Source: Candidatus Saccharimonadota bacterium
GTDB taxonomy: Bacteria; Patescibacteriota; Saccharimonadia; Saccharimonadales; UBA4665
DNA: 64,000 bases
Assembly (NCBI GenBank): GCA_003133385.1
Contig: PKXF01000001.1
Coordinates: forward strand, 41,052 to 105,051
Reading direction: 5' to 3'
Positions within the stretch are counted from its first letter, which is position 1; the number at the start of each line of letters is the position of its first letter. The notes beneath the pieces were generated by a model. It was not told where the DNA came from, did not search any database, and saw only the letters and a program-made list of their open reading frames with translations. Shown in pieces: positions 62,187-64,000 of the stretch. Both the position numbers and the translations under genes were made by a program.

Positions 62187-63218
62187 CTATAACAAAGTTG
62201 GCTTAGTCTTCTGTTCGTCTTTATGTTTGCCTAGATGGCGGTAGGCCTTGGGTGTGACCTTGCGCCCCCGGGGGGTACGTTCCAAAAGACCTATCTGCAT
62301 CAAATAAGGTTCATAAAAGTCTTCGATCGTGCCCCGCTCTTCACTGGTAAGAGCTGCCAGGGTTTCTAAGCCTACCGGGCCACCGTTATAGTTCTCCATG
62401 ATGGCTACCAAAAGTTGGCGATCGGCAGCGTCAAGCCCAAGTTCATCTATATCCATCAGGGCCAGGGCTTTATGGCTGAGGGGGCGGTCAACAGTACCGT
62501 CGCCGTTAACGTCGGCGTAATCGCGCACGCGTTTTAACAAACGGTTGGCAATACGCGGTGTCAGACGGGAGCGCTTGGCCAGTTCGGCAGCGGCTGGTTT
62601 GTCGATGCCGACATGTAAGATCTGGGCAGCCCGCATAATAATCGCTTGGATTTCTTCCGGACTATAAAAATCAAGGCGGTGAATCATGCCAAAGCGGTCA
62701 CGTAGCGGAGCGGCCAGGCTGCCGGTCCTGGTGGTGGCACCGATTATCGTAAACTTTGGCAAGTCCAGCCTTAGTGACCTGGCAGACGGTCCCTTGCCTA
62801 ACATAATATCCAGTTTGAAGTCTTCCATGGCGGCATAAAGTACTTCCTCGACCGTCCGGTTTAGACTATGTATCTCATCAATGAATAAAATGTCGCCGTC
62901 CTGCAGATTTGTCAGTAAGCTGGCCAGGTCGCCGGCTCGTTCTATGGCCGGGCCAGAGGTAATCCGAATCTGTGCTCCCATTTCGTGGGCAATAACGCTG
63001 GCCATGGTGGTTTTTCCCAGTCCTGGCGGGCCGTGCAGCAGTATATGGTCAAGCGGTTCACCGCGCTTCTTGGCGGCAGCAATTGCCAGCTGAATATTCT
63101 GCTTCAAGCGCTCCTGGCCTATGTAATTAGTAAAGTCCCGCGGCCGTAGGGTTACTTCAAGTTCAACCTCTTGGGGTTCCTCAACTGGTTGCGCAGCGTC
63201 AACAATACGATCAATCAT
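62187..63218 (-). CDS. ruvB: Holliday junction branch migration helicase RuvB
   Basis: 343 aa with [12 protein letters not shown], Walker [10 protein letters not shown], Walker B ILFIDEIH and [16 protein letters not shown]. Confidence 0.95.
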   Translation of the reverse strand: MIDRIVDAAQPVEEPQEVELEVTLRPRDFTNYIGQERLKQNIQLAIAAAKKRGEPLDHILLHGPPGLGKTTMASVIAHEMGAQIRITSGPAIERAGDLASLLTNLQDGDILFIDEIHSLNRTVEEVLYAAMEDFKLDIMLGKGPSARSLRLDLPKFTIIGATTRTGSLAAPLRDRFGMIHRLDFYSPEEIQAIIMRAAQILHVGIDKPAAAELAKRSRLTPRIANRLLKRVRDYADVNGDGTVDRPLSHKALALMDIDELGLDAADRQLLVAIMENYNGGPVGLETLAALTSEERGTIEDFYEPYLMQIGLLERTPRGRKVTPKAYRHLGKHKDEQKTKPTLL

Positions 63219-63308
63219 GCAATACCTTATTTAATACTACTAGTATACCTATATATACTTGAAGTTGTTGAAGCATAATTACCGGCCGTTAAATGCTACA
63301 CTGATGCT

Positions 63309-64000
63309 ATGGATCTTACTCAGACACAAGAGTATGAGCTATTGGCAACTATCTCAGCTCGTGGTGAAATTCCGGTTAAGTTCATCTACCTGAACGAAGG
63401 TGCTGCCAAATGGGACACCTATTACCGTAAGACCGAGCAGGGTGGACGCGATACCTTGGAAGAAGATAGGCTGATGTCATCACATATAGATAGCTTTATG
63501 CAAAGCTTTCACGACGCTTCAGGATTCAACTTAATCGACCTTGGGTGTGGTAACGGTTTACCGGCAGTGAAAATTATGGAACGGCTGGCAGGTAAAGGGT
63601 TCTCTATTCATTATGTGCCGGTTGATATAAGTCAGACTATGCTGGCACTGGCTGCAAAGAATATCAAGAAACAATTTCCTGACATTTCTGTCACTGAAAT
63701 GCAGGTGGATTTTGAGAATGAAAGCTTAACCAGCAAGCTACTTGGTATGAAACAAACATCTCGGCAACCCAATCTACTGATTAATCTAGGCGGCACTCTT
63801 GGCAATTATGTCAACGTGGGTGCAGTACTGACTAATTTTCTCCAGTCAATGACCTTGGAAGATTACCTTATTGTTGGCAACGGTTTAGTTAACGACCAAA
63901 ATCCTCAAAAAATACTAAGTAATTACATCGGTAAAGAGTCTGTGAAGTATGAAGATACCCGCGTCGCTCGCAAGCTTGGCCTATTCAACGATCAGGATGA
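63309..64000 (+). CDS. SAM-dependent methyltransferase, EgtD / Methyltransf_33-like (3' end outside window)
   Basis: My own translation from the ATG at 63309: MDLTQTQEYELL...FIYLNEGAAKWDTYY...LIDLGCGNGLPAV (SAM motif I)...YVPVDIS...NLGGTLGNY. The frame is open to the window edge. Confidence 0.6.
   Translation, partial: MDLTQTQEYELLATISARGEIPVKFIYLNEGAAKWDTYYRKTEQGGRDTLEEDRLMSSHIDSFMQSFHDASGFNLIDLGCGNGLPAVKIMERLAGKGFSIHYVPVDISQTMLALAAKNIKKQFPDISVTEMQVDFENESLTSKLLGMKQTSRQPNLLINLGGTLGNYVNVGAVLTNFLQSMTLEDYLIVGNGLVNDQNPQKILSNYIGKESVKYEDTRVARKLGLFNDQD

Noticed and set aside
1-64000. Alternative genetic code (UGA or UAG reassignment, as in some CPR lineages).
   Set aside because: Conserved genes (recA, glyA, rny, ruvB, murD) are full length under the standard code. 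Several genes terminate at TGA at the position expected from family length, for example the receiver at 9471-9842.
1-64000. CRISPR arrays, rRNA operons, transposases, integrases, prophage structural genes, and the RNase P, tmRNA and SRP RNAs.
   Set aside because: No regularly spaced direct repeats were seen. None of the signature protein motifs or conserved RNA core sequences I know were found while reading either strand.

Overview
This is a dense, mostly housekeeping 64-kb segment from a small-genome bacterium with a Gram-positive-type envelope: it has a sortase with a cell-wall-sorted substrate, murD/murI/murB/murA, and no outer-membrane genes. The minimal TsaB, the type IV pilus genes, the many short acidic orphan ORFs and the standard genetic code fit a Saccharibacteria/TM7-like CPR lineage, but that placement is inference only. 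I can support about 80 CDS and 9 tRNA genes: Lys-CTT, Arg-TCG, Arg-CCG, Gly-TCC, Arg-TCT, His-GTG, Pro-CGG x2 and Pro-TGG, all with an encoded CCA. I saw no rRNA, CRISPR array, integrase, transposase or phage structural gene. Core content includes peptidoglycan precursor genes, a scattered folate/one-carbon set (folD, folA, folC, glyA, folE), recA-recX, ruvB, rny-ymdB, tsaE-tsaB, def and pilB plus a pilin. It also holds a Fur-family regulator with a metal ABC importer and a P1B-ATPase, two ABC-2 exporters, an MMPL and an MFS transporter, two VapC-type TA pairs, and a two-component cluster with no output domains. The observations most worth follow-up are these. (1) The 3' end of tRNA-Lys is repeated three times downstream and delimits three cargo blocks with no integrase. 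(2) Three tRNA-Pro genes alternate with orphan ORFs, and the middle copy has a damaged acceptor stem. (3) MurA carries an N-terminal XRE helix-turn-helix fusion, and a second XRE protein sits divergent from murB. (4) A PrsW-type protease fused to a zinc ribbon lies in an operon with a zinc-ribbon membrane protein. (5) A sortase with a long N-terminal extension sits next to a beta-helix surface protein that has a non-canonical xAPDTG sorting signal. (6) An orphan gene downstream of recA has a frame that stays open for 83 codons upstream of any canonical start and overlaps the preceding orphan gene. None of these can be confirmed without database searches or comparative genomes.
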